Assembly (NCBI GenBank): GCA_964252035.1
Contig: OZ176205.1
DNA length: 64,000 nt
Reading direction: 5' to 3' (one strand)
DNA from: Podarcis erhardii
Taxonomy: Eukaryota
Position numbers and translations under genes: made by a program. How positions within the stretch are numbered: the stretch's first letter is position 1; each line of letters opens with the position of its first letter. Positions 1 to 11,356 of this stretch are shown piece by piece. The notes beneath the pieces are model-generated. The model did no database searches, had not been told where the DNA came from, and was given only the letters and a program-made list of their open reading frames with translations.

Positions 1-1337
1 CTGGTCTTCCATCCACTCTAGACCCGTTCCAGTTTGCATACAGAAGAAATAGATCTACTGATGATGCTATTTCCATCGCTGTTCATACTGTACTGAGTCA
101 TCTAGAACGACAGGGAACCTACGCAAGGCTGTTGTTTGTGGACTACAGTTCTGCCTTTAATACAATTCTACCAGACAGGTTATTCCTTAAAATGACCAAT
201 TTGGGTATACATCAGAAGATCTGTTTGTGGGTAAGGAATTTCCTGACCGATAGGCCGCAGACAGTGAGAATGGGACCTTACTATTCTTCTACTCTAGTAT
301 TAAGCACAGGAGCCCCTCAGGGGTGTGTGTTAAGCCCCTTTCTCTATTCCCTGTACACATTTGACTGCACCCCACTGTATAAGTCCAACACAATCATCAA
401 ATTTGCGGATGATACAACAGTGGTGGGGCTCATTAGTGAGAATGATGAGGCTGCTTATAGGAAAGAAGTACAGGGGTTAATTCAATGGTGTAAAGAAAAT
501 AATCTTATGCTTAACACCAAAAAAACCAAAGAACTCATAATTGATTTTAGGAGAAAGAAAAGTGTATTTTTACCATTGCACATAAATGGCGAGGAGGTGG
601 AGAGGGTTGGTAGTTTTAAATACCTGGGCACTTACATCTCTGAGGACCTCTCATGGACTGCAAATATTAATATGGTTGTGAGGAAGGTGCAGGGGAGGTT
701 GTATTTCCTGAGAATGCTCAGAGGATTGAATCTATCTCAGCACCTACTTCTGTCCTATTATCATAGTACCATTGAGAGTGTCTTAACCTATAGTATATTA
801 TCGTGGTATGGGAGCAGCTCTGGAATGGATAAAAAAGCTTTACAGAGAATAATTAAAATTGCCCAGAATGTTATTGGGCTCCAACTACCAACCCTGGATG
901 AGATCTTCACGTCTCGCAGCTTGAAGAAGTCACACAATATCTTGAGAGATCCCACCCATCCTGCTCACAACCTCTTTGAACTGTTGCCTTCGGGCAGAAG
1001 ATACAGGACAATGAAAACACGAACCACACGCCTTCTGAATAGTTTCTATCCAAGAGCTCTGATTGCACTAAATAATGATCTCAGGGCCAGTTGTAAGAAA
1101 TAGCAAGCAGTGAGTAGTAAGGAATGAGATAGGTTTTAGGTTATGCTATGCTTTTAATAGGTTGTGTTATATTCTGGATTATGTATGTTTTAATAGATTA
1201 TGTCTGAATAGGATGAGAGTGTTGGAGATACGTGCAAATGTGTATGTGAATCCGGTCTTGGGTGTTTGATTTTCGTTGTTGTGTATACTGTGTATATACG
1301 GACAATGACAATAAATTTATCTAATCTAATCTAATCT
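1..1337 (+). mobile_element. Rex1/Babar-clade LINE, 3' portion (5' part is outside the window)
   Basis: RT frame, then a ~210 nt 3' UTR, AATAAA at 1309-1314 and a (CTAAT)n microsatellite tail at 1321-1337, as expected for Rex1-type ends. Confidence 0.85.
3..1103 (+). CDS. Reverse transcriptase of the Rex1/Babar LINE, uninterrupted (open from base 3)
   Basis: GLPSTLDPFQFAYRRNRSTDDAI...LFVDYSSAFNTI...GAPQGCVLSPFLYSLYT...KFADDT...FKYLG...LPSGRRYR. No stop or frameshift up to TAG at 1101-1103. Confidence 0.9.
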   Translation, partial: GLPSTLDPFQFAYRRNRSTDDAISIAVHTVLSHLERQGTYARLLFVDYSSAFNTILPDRLFLKMTNLGIHQKICLWVRNFLTDRPQTVRMGPYYSSTLVLSTGAPQGCVLSPFLYSLYTFDCTPLYKSNTIIKFADDTTVVGLISENDEAAYRKEVQGLIQWCKENNLMLNTKKTKELIIDFRRKKSVFLPLHINGEEVERVGSFKYLGTYISEDLSWTANINMVVRKVQGRLYFLRMLRGLNLSQHLLLSYYHSTIESVLTYSILSWYGSSSGMDKKALQRIIKIAQNVIGLQLPTLDEIFTSRSLKKSHNILRDPTHPAHNLFELLPSGRRYRTMKTRTTRLLNSFYPRALIALNNDLRASCKK

Positions 1338-1956
1338 TAAAATTCCTCATTTATTATGGTCATGCACAGGCCCCGATATCTGGCCTATACAGTACTTATA
1401 TTGGTGTTTTTTTAAATAAAAAATCCTGATCTCTTCCAGAGTCACCCTGTATTTTCTCTCTGCTTCACTCTGTCATCAGCTCCAAAGCTACTCTGTATAA
1501 AATTGAATTGTGTTCCCTCATTCACTATAATGGAGAAGCTTTTCCTCCTTTTGGCCAAAGTGTATGGCATGTAGTGGATTAAACTTGCCAAATTGCATCC
1601 AAATATGTCCAGGAGATTTTTGTGAGGGGAGGTAAAAGTGATTCACTTTAATCCATAATCCCTTTGGGTGGAGGCTATCTGCTCCTTACCTTAAAGTAAT
1701 TTAAGAGGTGACTGAGCGAAATGCATTCTTGCTTCTATATTGTTTTAAAAATGGTACCTTCACGTTGACCTAAGTGCTCTGTGGTAAGCCTTGTTTTCTC
1801 CAATAAGCCATGGGCCTATTGCCTACAATACTGCTTGTAGGGTTGCAAAGAGCTCTGAACTTTTTCGTTGTAGGAAAAAAACAGTTTTTTTTTTAAAAAA
1901 ACTTAAATGAAATTTTAATTTCTTTTCTTCTTCTTTTTAATCCTCCATTGCTGTAC

Positions 1957-2037
1957 CTAACCAAAAGCAACCCCATAGTACTTCAGTGTTCTGTAGATAA
2001 CATTTTGGATAGCTTTCTTCCTGGAACAAATAACAAC
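1957..2037 (-). other. HFM1: Candidate next HFM1 exon (ambiguous)
   Basis: Minus-strand acceptors (exon start 2037 or 2020) and donor TTAG|GTACAG. The 2037 start gives an open 81-nt phase1-phase1 exon. The 2020 start gives GRKLSKMLS (like the recalled human GQEKRPKMLTS) but meets TGA at 1983-1985. Confidence 0.3.
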
Positions 2038-2252
2038 CTGAGAGGGAAGTATTTTCATCCTATGTTGAATAGCAACGTGGGGTTGGTAAGCCATTATGAT
2101 GCACCCAGCACTATGGCTGTTATTTTTTTAAAAGAAAAGATGTGTGAAATACAGTCATGCATTTTCACATATAGTCTATAGCCCATGATTCAACATACTT
2201 CAGTAAAAGTAGGCATTGCCCCCCTCAAATTAAAGTGAGTAATTGAATATTA

Positions 2253-2470
2253 CCATATTGTTCTGTGTATAAGACAATGGTTTTTTGCTTTAAAAAAAAA
2301 GTTCAAAAATTGGGGGGGAGGGTGATCTTATACACAGATGGTGAATGCACAGAGGTCCAGGCTCTGGCTCTTGAAATATGGCATCCTAATTTTGGAAACC
2401 CTAACTATTTTAAAATATTGATTTTGGGTTCAAAAAAATAGGGGTCGTCTTATACATGGAAAAATACAGC
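2253..2470. mobile_element. Degenerate Tc2/Kanga-like MITE
   Basis: Decayed CCRTATT...TATAAGAC and GTCTTATA...AAAAATAC termini, related to the copies at 33.6, 37.5 and 54.1 kb. Confidence 0.55.
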
Positions 2471-2523
2471 AGTTTTTAAATTCCATATTTCCTCTTATTA
2501 AAACTAATCACAAAACATTCTAC

Positions 2524-2636
2524 CTTTTTGGCTGTTGCCTCCCAATTCCATTTGTAGCTGCTGAGTAGGTGGAATTTCAAACGCAGACGGAACAGGTGCA
2601 AGATACCAGTCTGTTGGCTCTTCATTTTCTACATAT
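2524..2636 (-). CDS. HFM1: HFM1 second coding exon (113 nt)
   Basis: CAG|A TAT GTA...CAA AAA G|GTAGAA. Encodes (K)YVENEEPTDWYLAPVPSAFEIPPTQQLQMELGGNSQK(G), similar to recalled human HPDNEKSLDWFLPPAPLISEIPDTQELEEEL. Its phase fits the previous exon. Confidence 0.85.
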
Positions 2637-2967
2637 CTGTTTCCAACATATTACCATGAAGCGAAAAAACATTAAGTGTTTCCAACCAAATTAATGACAA
2701 ACTGCAGGAGAACATATTGACTGTTGTGTCACTCCTAAATTATCCCTTTTAACATTACACTTGGGGGGGGGGACGTGTTATATTTTAAATGTAAGACTTC
2801 TGTTAACCCACCTCAGTTTAATGAGAATTTGGTATGCTTTGGGACACAACCAAAGCAGATAGCCAATGTTTCCTCTCCTCCGACAGAAGTCGGTAAAACA
2901 GGAGGAGAGAGAGAGACAATTATTTTTAGATTCTCGTTCCCCACTGAACCCCCCAATCTGCTCTGGA

Positions 2968-3054
2968 GAGGGCTGCCATTTCAAAGGCAGAATTGACGTC
3001 CGGTGGGAATTTTGGGGTGTCCTGCTTTTTACTTTTTGAAATATGGCAACCCTA
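2968..3054. mobile_element. Short hAT (Blackjack-like) MITE, TAGGGTTGCCA family
   Basis: Termini AGGGCTGCCA...TGGCAACCCTA; 8-bp flanks GCTCTGGA/CCTCTGGG (6/8 match). Confidence 0.75.
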
Positions 3055-3559
3055 CCTCTGGGGGCTAGAGCGGATTTGGGTGGGGTTGTAGGGAACAGAA
3101 GAAATAAGCAAAACTGCATCTCTTTCCCCCATTTTGCTCCTGGATGCCTTCAGTCAGTAAAGGGAAAACATCTGATATCATCATAGGGCTCCTAATAAGC
3201 TGAGATGTCCTGCTGCTATGTTATCTTGTAGAACTAACTTACGTTATCATAATCATTTGCTACAGAAACTTTTTTTGGGAAAAAACATAACAACAAACAA
3301 ACCAAAACAAAACAAATGCAAGATAATTAAATAAATTGTTATTGTAAAATATTCTAGGGGCCTACCTGCCACTATGTACATTCTTTGGAATATAGAGATA
3401 GGTAGCCCCTTGAATATTTAACAATATGAATTTATTTAGTTATCTTTCATTTGTTTTGTTTTGTTTTGTTTTGTTATTCTTTGAAATATAGAGGACTGAG
3501 AGAAGTAGGAAAGGAGAAGCTTATTTATTATGGTTCATTGAAAATAAAAACCTTTAGTA

Positions 3560-3830
3560 AAGGTGAAATATTGATACAATCTGAAGAGAGACCAGAGTTA
3601 ATAGAAAAAATATGAACTGCAGCAATATAAGAACTGGACAAAAATCAAGGAGTGTAGGAAACCACTTTGATCAAATTTATACATTTGGAAATAACTGGAA
3701 TTATTTTTATATTAATTGGAATTTGTATAATTTTAAAATGTGCTGTTTTTTGGGGGGGTTGTTTTTATTTTGATTATATATTTTGTGGTTTTATATTTTC
3801 ATTTTGTTCTGTGAACTGCCCTAAGACCTC
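3560..3830 (+). mobile_element. Degenerate L1-like 3' fragment
   Basis: Shares CAGCAATATAAGAACTGGACAAAAA with the reverse complement of the fragment near 20.4 kb; ORF2-end-like KFI motif followed by a T-rich UTR. Confidence 0.45.
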
Positions 3831-3856
3831 TGGGTATAGGGTGGTATATGAGGAGG

Positions 3857-3878
3857 AGTAGTAGTAGTAGTAGTAGTA

Positions 3879-3922
<44 letters not shown>
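3857..3922. repeat. Compound microsatellite (AGT)8(AAT)14
   Basis: Read directly from the sequence. Confidence 0.95.
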
Positions 3923-3923
<1 letters not shown>

Positions 3924-4094
3924 GCAAATATTGGGTAAATATTTGAAAATTTAAAAAATATTATCATTATTTTTTAAAAAAAAACCTTTATCTCATTTTA
4001 CAGAAAACAAATTAGAGCCAGAAAACATTCCCTTGACTTCTACCACTGCCAAATCACAGAGAAAACTTATGGGAGACAGCTGCAACAAACTTAC

Positions 4095-4156
4095 TTATGT
4101 TTTGTACCTGGTCCTTCAAAAAACAAATTATCCAAAGAAAAAGCAGGGTCTGTCAT
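4095..4156 (-). CDS. HFM1: HFM1 first coding exon (whole exon 4095-4189, ATG at 4156)
   Basis: Acceptor gtcattgtcttttgcag|, in-frame upstream TGA, then MTDPAFSLDNLFFEGPGTKH+AA|GTAAGT. Matches recalled human MLKSNDCLFSLENLFFEKP. Confidence 0.88.
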
Positions 4157-4483
4157 TGTATTAAGACGAGAGGTGAATTCTCAGAAAAGCTGCAAAAGAC
4201 AATGACAACTATAATTATTTCAATATACTGACAATGGAACACCAGCTTTTTCATGATCAAGGTGTCTCCCCTGCCACGTAAGTATACCAGCTTTTTCAAC
4301 CCAATAAGGATATTATTATTTTTATAACATTGCATTTTTTATTATTATATTATATTCTTTAGAACGCCCACTGGAGGAAGCCTTAAATTCAAAGATCCCC
4401 CGTGTCATTTTTCACCTCAGAGCAAAATCAGACCAGAGTGGCAGGCAGCCATTTTGAAATTCCATATATTTTGCCAACTGACT

Positions 4484-4616
4484 NNNNNNNNNNNNNNNNN
4501 NNNNNNNNNNNNNNNNNNNNNNNNNNNNNNNNNNNNNNNNNNNNNNNNNNNNNNNNNNNNNNNNNNNNNNNNNNNNNNNNNNNNNNNNNNNNNNNNNNNN
4601 NNNNNNNNNNNNNNNN
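4484..4616. other. Assembly gap (133 N)
   Basis: Run of N. Confidence 1.
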
Positions 4617-4799
4617 GCCCTTTCCTTGGCCGAAGAAGACAATGTTTGTCCTTGTGGGACATGCAACTCCCATCCATCCAAAGTGGATTTACGGGCTCTA
4701 AAGGAAGGACTGCTTAAAGCAGCACCCCATGAATTAAAAGGGCTGTTTTGTACCATGGCCTATGTCTGTAGGCTGTGTCTGGCTCCATATATTTGGCCA

Positions 4800-5480
4800 A
4801 GCGGAGCCCCTAGGCTACAACCTTCCTTTCTCACCCCAAGCGGGGAACGTTAAAATCAAATGTTCCCTCAGGTTGTTTCCTTAAGTCTCTACTAGCAGCC
4901 TGAAATAGTGAAAGCTGAGGAGAACAGGCCAGCCACTCCAAATCACTGCTTGTCCTCCAACAACATGGACGCCACCGGCTGTCTTATTACTAGAGGGAAG
5001 AGGGAAGAAAGATTGCCGCTTTTCAAGGAGCTTTTATCAGGAATCAAAGGCAAAGAAAAAGAGGGAATGCCCTCATAAAAGCAGAGAGGGAAATTAAGTT
5101 CCTTAGCCGAGGCTGTTCTTTCCCTTATTAGATAAACAAAGGGAAAGAAGGCAAAATATGTAGGGCTGCCGTATCTCCAAACGTGGAATAAAAAAATTCG
5201 CTCTTAAGCTTTTTTCCTCTTTAGTAAAATCTACAAGAATTTTTGAGTTTTGGAGCTTTGGGGGGGGTGCATTTTTTTATTTAACCTCCATTTCCCACCT
5301 GAAAAAAAATGCAGGGTGCGATTTCTGGAGGCGAATTTACACTATTTCGAGCCCTTTGTCAATTAACCGTTTAGCAGGAGAGCTAGGAGTATTTTACTAG
5401 CTGGAAAAATACCATTTGTCTGGTGCGGCAGGATTCGAAGAGCAAACGTGAAAAGGCACTTCTATGAAAAGGCACTTCTA
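4800..5480 (-). promoter_or_regulatory. Possible HFM1 promoter and non-coding first exon
   Basis: Mild CpG enrichment, minus-strand donor GGG|GTGAGA (exon end 4835), MYB-type AACCGTT at 5365-5371, 16-bp tandem duplication at 5449-5480. Confidence 0.3.
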
Positions 5481-6029
5481 ACATGCCCAAGATAGTGGAA
5501 TACAGAATTATACACTTGGTGATTGAAACAGACTTGGCCCCAAATGCAACACCTGTGCTCCTTCACGCTCCCTCCCTTATAATTACTTTTAACTGTTTCT
5601 CCCCGTTTCAGTCTTTTTAAGCATGTATGATATCAAAGCCTCTCAGCAGCAGCAGCAACAACAACTTTGTCCCAACCCCCCCTGAAAAATATGGCAACCT
5701 GCATCCCATGCAGAGTTTAAGTCATAAATGTACCGGTACTCTATTCTTCTTGATATATATGGGTGTTCCATCGAGCTAGAAGCAAAGTACCTTCAAATCA
5801 GTCTGCAGTTATGTTTTACATAGCAGCAGGCCATTTTGAAGCTGTTGTTATATTATATCTACCTAGTTTTGCATGGCATGTTGGATTCTTCATGAAGATG
5901 CATAGCTGTCAACCCAACTGTGTGTGTGTGCACTCAGATTTATTAAGCCAAATATCTTACAGTTATCACTCCCACCTGGTGAGCTATTTTTTAGCTTTAC
6001 CCAAAGTTGCTGAGCTTTTTTTTTTAGCA

Positions 6030-6181
6030 AAATAGCAAAAAAGCCATTTTTGAGATGTTATTTTTTAGGGGGGGGGTCAGCAAAAACCATTTTACTGATT
6101 TCTGCCCGGACCCAAGTATTCCATATTGACTGCAGTATTCCATATCCATGTCTAGGAAATTCCGGACTTATGGCAACCCTA
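6030..6181. mobile_element. hAT Blackjack-like MITE fragment
   Basis: Ends TATGGCAACCCTA; internal CTGATTTCTGCC segment shared with the 58.9 kb copy. Confidence 0.65.
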
Positions 6182-7284
6182 TAAAGTGTTCCTGATGACA
6201 AGGAGTTGTTCAGGATGCTGGAGTACAAAAAAACCGGAACTATTTTGAAATCTGTTACATTTTTATATTTTATGAACTCTACAGCTAATAAAACTTTATA
6301 AACTAACTTTTTTATAAAACATAACACAAAAACAAAATAAAGTTATGATGTACATAAATTCTCTGGACACAATCCTGCCAGAGTTAAGCACCTTTAAGCC
6401 ATTGATCTCACGGTGAGAGTTAAGCATGAGTTTAAAAAGCCACGGCTGAAATCCATGGGATGTAAAAGTGCTTAACTTTGACTGGATCGTGTCCACTGTA
6501 GTTTCAGACAGCAGTTGCCTTTTTTCTTTTTCTTTTTCTACCTTCAGAAAGGGTGCTCTCCAATTCTTTTGGCCTCAGGCAAGTTTCCATCTTCGTCTGC
6601 AACATCTGCTTTTAGCTGACCAGACTTTAAAGATTAAAACGACCATACAAACTGTTCAGGTTTTTTTAGAGCTCTTTTTTTCTCTCCCTCAGAGTCTCTT
6701 CCCAAGATGTCATCTCCCTCAACACACAGAAATCACATAAAATATATAGCAAAGCAGCCTCTCAACAGCTCTGAGACAGTTTAATTTTTGATTTCCCCCA
6801 AGCCTAACATCTGATCAGCCATATGTTTTGAGTCTTTTTGACTCATAGAGATCACATAACAAGCCATAAACCTGTATGTTCTGGAGCAATGTTACCAGAA
6901 AAATCACGAACACCAGACAGTCATGGGTCAATGGTCCATGCAACAATAGGAGGAGACATGTCCCATCCGAGTACAAATTTGTTAAAAGCCTGAGAAGTTC
7001 TGAAGAAGTTTCCCACTGAGTAAAGAAACACAGGCTCTTTTCAACACCAAAAAACACTGATTGAGTTATAATGACAACAAAATAAATGAGAAATGAGAAA
7101 GAGGACCTTTAACAGGATCATTTCCTTCTCTTGCAGATAATTACTAGGTAGCAGTTATTGTTATGGTGTCATATGAACAAATGATGACATTGTCTGATAA
7201 CCAGCATCTTGGAAAAAACAGGTACTCTCTCCCACCCTTGAAATTCTCTGCCTCTATTCCCCTCATCTGTGGGAGACCCTTGTC

Positions 7285-7630
7285 TTGGGTTGCTATATTT
7301 CAAAAAGTAAAAACCAGGGCACCACAAAAAGCTGTTCAGCTTTTTTTAGAAAGACCCCAAAATGTTGTTGACCTTTTTTTAAAAAAAAGAAAGAAAGCAT
7401 GATTTTTCGATTCACTTGTCTAAGATCCAGGACAAAGCGCCACCTTTCAGAAGTTCCCCCAGACGTCAATTCTGCCTTTGAAATCCGGGCAATTTCTGGG
7501 AAAATCAGCCCTAAACTAAGTGTTATACATAACTGTTTTGAAATAGTTGGGTGTTTTTCCTCCCTGCATGTTTATAATGGGCGATTGTTGCCATGCTGAG
7601 ATTTTTCTTAGGGAACGTATGGCAGCCCTA
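7285..7630. mobile_element. hAT Blackjack-like MITE
   Basis: TTGGGTTGCTATATTTCAAAAAG...TATGGCAGCCCTA. Confidence 0.75.
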
Positions 7631-8453
7631 CTTAAAAGTTTAAAGCGTTATTTCGTGTAGCCAATATGTCCAAATTGCAACATGACCTCGGGTACAAGCA
7701 AACTCTCCCCCCCTATCAAAAATTCCTGGCATGGGAGAAGGGAGTAACTATTTGCACTCTGTGGCTATGGGAGAAAACCTGCAAACTAGAAGAATCCCTT
7801 GCCTGCTTTTTCCCTTCTCCAGTGCAGTGTTGCTACCTGAATAGCTTTTCTCCAGTTTGTCTTCTTCTGAACACTCAGGCCCTGTTTTGTTTTGGGTTTT
7901 TTTAATGACCCATTCTTCCAAGTTTCTTTTAAAATGAAAAACAACAACTCAAGTCAAGGAGAAAAAAAATAAAAATTTAGTTCCCTGCATTTCCCCCCAG
8001 CTCCTACAAGAAATAAAATGCAAGCAATACAGTTCATTTGCTTGGATGAAACAGGGAGGGATCTTCTCCCTGTTTCCATTTTTTAAAAAAAGATGTTTAC
8101 TGACCTTATTACCCAGTCTTTGATCGCTGTGTCCTGCAAACACTTACGCACTTGAATAAGCTTACTCATTCAAATAGTTCTCCTGAAGTTAGTCAAGTGC
8201 ATAAGCATTTGCCAAATTGGGCCCTAAGAGAACTAAATACAGGTCCCTCTGGACCCCACCAATACTGTTTGTATGTCAGCCAGAGGGAATCTCCCAGGAG
8301 TGATGCAACATTCTCCTCTCCAGAGGCTGAGCATACATTTTATGCAGCACTGCACTAACTCATACCCACTTAGGAAATCCAAGTTTGGAAGCCAGTATTC
8401 TAAATGGCTTCGAGTTCATTTTATTTCTCTTTTTTGGGACCCCCCCCCCCCAC

Positions 8454-8655
8454 TAGGGCTGCCATACGACTGGATTTTCCTGGACATTACTGGGATTTCA
8501 AAGGTGGAATTGACGTCCAGGGGGGATTTCTGAAAGGTGGCGCTCTGTCCTAGATCTAAGATGAGCCCATCAAAATATTGCACTTTTTGGGCATTTTTGT
8601 GTTTAAAAAAAATGCTTGACAATTGAGGGGTTTCCAAAAAAAATATGGCAACCTA
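8454..8655. mobile_element. hAT Blackjack-like MITE
   Basis: TAGGGCTGCCATA...TATGGCAACCTA. Confidence 0.75.
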
Positions 8656-9167
8656 CACTTTTCTACATTCTCTGTCAAAATTGGCCCCTCCAGGCTAACA
8701 GCTAAAACATACCTTTCTTTCTCTCAAGTAATACATTAAGATATGATAATACTAATAAAATGATAAACAACAGAGAAGTTGAACTCACAAATAACAGGAA
8801 AGCACAATGTTCAGACCCATTGTGCACGGCCAATTGTTATTTTCGAGGCACAAGTTTCCCAATACACCAGGCCTGCACAAAACAATTGGGTTTTTTTTAT
8901 TAAAAAATCTAAAATGTGTATGCCGTGCCCAGATCCACCAGCAGGCCATGGAGGACCCCCTCGCCAACAGAAGGAGGGGCTGTGGTGATCAATGGTGCCC
9001 AGCAAGAACACTCACCATCTTGCACTTCACTGCATCCACAGTTGGGTAATATGCTATTTGATGCTAAATTTGTGTCCCTGCCACCACCACCTAATCATAT
9101 TATCCACAGATCAGGAAAATCCAAATTGTTATTTATTATATGGATGTTTTATGATGGCCTATATTTG

Positions 9168-9498
9168 GGGATGCGGGTGGCGCTGTGGTCTAAACCACTG
9201 AGCCTCTTGGGCTTGCCGATCACAAGGTCGGTGGTTTGAATCCCCCGACAGGGTGAGCTCCCGTTGCTCAGTCCCAGCTCCTGCCAACCTAGCAGTTCAA
9301 AAGCACCCTGGCAGGAAGGTAAACGGCGTTTCCGTGCGCTGCTCTGGTTCTCCAGAAGCGGCTTAGTCATGCTGGCCACATGACCCGGAAAAACTGTCTG
9401 CGGACAAATGCCGGCTCCCTCGGCCTGTAAAGCGAGATGAGTGCCACAACCACAGAGTCGTTCGCGACTGGACTTAACTGTCAGGGGTCCTTTACCTT
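9168..9498 (+). mobile_element. Sauria SINE, full length
   Basis: GGGATGCGGGTGGCGCTGTGG head, (ACCTTT)-type tail, TSD TATATTTG at 9160-9167 and 9499-9506. Confidence 0.92.
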
Positions 9499-10214
9499 TA
9501 TATTTGCAATGCCTAACAAAGAAAGCTTGTGAGAAAACCCAAATTAAACGGGGAGGACATTCAGGCTGTCACTTGGATGACAACATTGTGTAGATGCAAA
9601 AAGCATGCATACATGGGATGCCTAGGATCTGTTTTAAACTGCTGTGTGTATCTAAAAAAAACAACTACTAGGGGTCATGGAGTATCACCAACCTGTGTGG
9701 ATGTTCTCTGTATTCTTGCAGCGCTGGAAAGAATTCTAGTTCTCAACTTGATTAACCCCAAGACAGATTTGTCATTTGATGCTTTCCTAATGCCCTGAAA
9801 TCTAAGCCACCCCCCAGTTGATTAATTGGTAGCTACCATTTTTTCATTGTAACTCCTGGTTCCAACATGGCATATTGATTTTTCCGGGACTTACCTCCTA
9901 TTGGTATTTGATTTGGTACAGAATATATATATATATCTATGGTGAAAAAAGGAGATCCACAATTGTACTCCTTAGAGTGCAGGTGTGGGTGAAGATGGTT
10001 CAAACCCAGAAGTGGTTTTTAGTGCAATTTAGAAAAGAAAACCAGTTTATTCTGAGTCAGGTCACTTGGAATTTTAAATACAATAAAAGAAAATGTTCCA
10101 TATCTCTTAGAATGGCAATGGCGCCCACTTGAGAGGTGCCAGAACTGAGTTCCAGCTGGAAAAACAGGCTTGGTCTCAAGAGACAATGGAGTGAACCTCT
10201 GGGGGTGAAGTGAT

Positions 10215-10305
10215 GTGTGATCACCTTAAGATACCTGCACTGCATGAGGGTTGGACTAGATGACCCTTGGGGTCCCTTCCAAGTCTAAAATTCTAGGATT
10301 CTATA
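10215..10305 (+). mobile_element. CR1-type 3' tail (CR1 or CR1-dependent SINE)
   Basis: GGGTTGGACTAGATGACCCTTGGGGTCCCTTCCAAGTCT...ATTCTAGGATTCTAT. Confidence 0.8.
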
Positions 10306-10559
10306 TATTTTGCCCTGGCATCCAGTTTTCTATCTGCATGGATATCTTTGGAAGAGCATACAGTCTTGTGAGCCCCATAGTTTTGTGAGAATGTATATGT
10401 ATTTTTTAAATGCCTGTAACTATATGTGCACATTTCAAGTGGGCAATTTACCCAAAAGAAAGTAAGTGCTCCATTTTAGCATTCATGCTTGGGGATATTC
10501 TAAATTAAAAGAAAATAGCTGACTGAAACTTCGGGAGATCACACCATCAAGGATCTACT

Positions 10560-11010
10560 TGTGTTCAAATCCCTGCAGCGATTTTGGCAAAATACAGCAA
10601 AGATACTTGGCTAAACACTCTCAATGTAGCCTCAAAGTAGCACAACTGCCTTGGTGACAGCAAAGGACCAAAGAAAAACAACATGATGCAAAAGGAAAGA
10701 GAAACTCTGTCATATTAAATTTCTGATAAAAACAGAAGAGGTTATGAACACAGCAGAAGAATGAGGTACGTCGACGCTACCAAAAGGAAATGGAGCTGGA
10801 AACGAAACACTTTTATAACAAGATGACTGCTGACAACACTACAGAAAGTAGGTGACAGCATTTCAAAGTCAAGACATGCTACATACTTGCTGATGTGTTT
10901 ACAACACAGATGAAAGGATAGTCTCGAGATTTCACGAGAAATATCAGATGACACCTTTGACGTTGATAAAGTTATTAAAACATTTCCTTGGATAAAACCC
11001 ATCAAGGTAA
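10560..11010 (+). pseudogene. Possible decayed hAT transposase fragment
   Basis: Interrupted frame KNEVRRRYQKEMELETKHFYNKMTADNTTESR*QHFKVKTCYILADVFTTQMK resembles the recalled KxFFDE...QxFKVxxFYxxxDxxxxQLxxRF segment of hAT/ZMYM1-like transposases. Confidence 0.4.
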
Positions 11011-11356
11011 ACTTTATAATTTGCATACCCAATCTAGAGCAGTGGCTGATGGTCTTTTACCTTTCTGTTATAATTCTTATAGCATTATGTATGGAGTTCT
11101 TTACTCTCTTTTTTATTATTCTCAAATATCAACAAGGATGTGAGTACAGTAGTTTCCTGTTAGCAGGTTCTCTTCAAGAGGTGTATGGACGAAAGCCTCC
11201 TCCACCAGCTGAACAAGGCCTAAATTAAAGAACAGTTGATGATATTGTCTATTTTCAGAACAAGAGTGGATAACCAGCATCTTAGGGAAAAAATATTATG
11301 TACTCTCTCCCACACTTGAAATTTTCCACTTCTGTTCCCTTGTCTATTTCCTTGTC

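Noticed and set aside
4402-4756. ORFs spanning the N run
   Set aside because: Artefacts of the assembly gap.
5421-5439. TGGTGCGGCAGGATTCGAA, resembling a retroviral primer-binding site or reversed tRNA 3' end
   Set aside because: Only 12 nt follow the T-loop where a tRNA needs 16, and no LTR end precedes it.
6296-6640. Minus-strand frame with REINGLKVLNS, faintly like a hAT dimerisation domain or an exon (KADVADEDGNLPEAK)
   Set aside because: Frames are broken by stops, and the similarity is too weak to call by eye.
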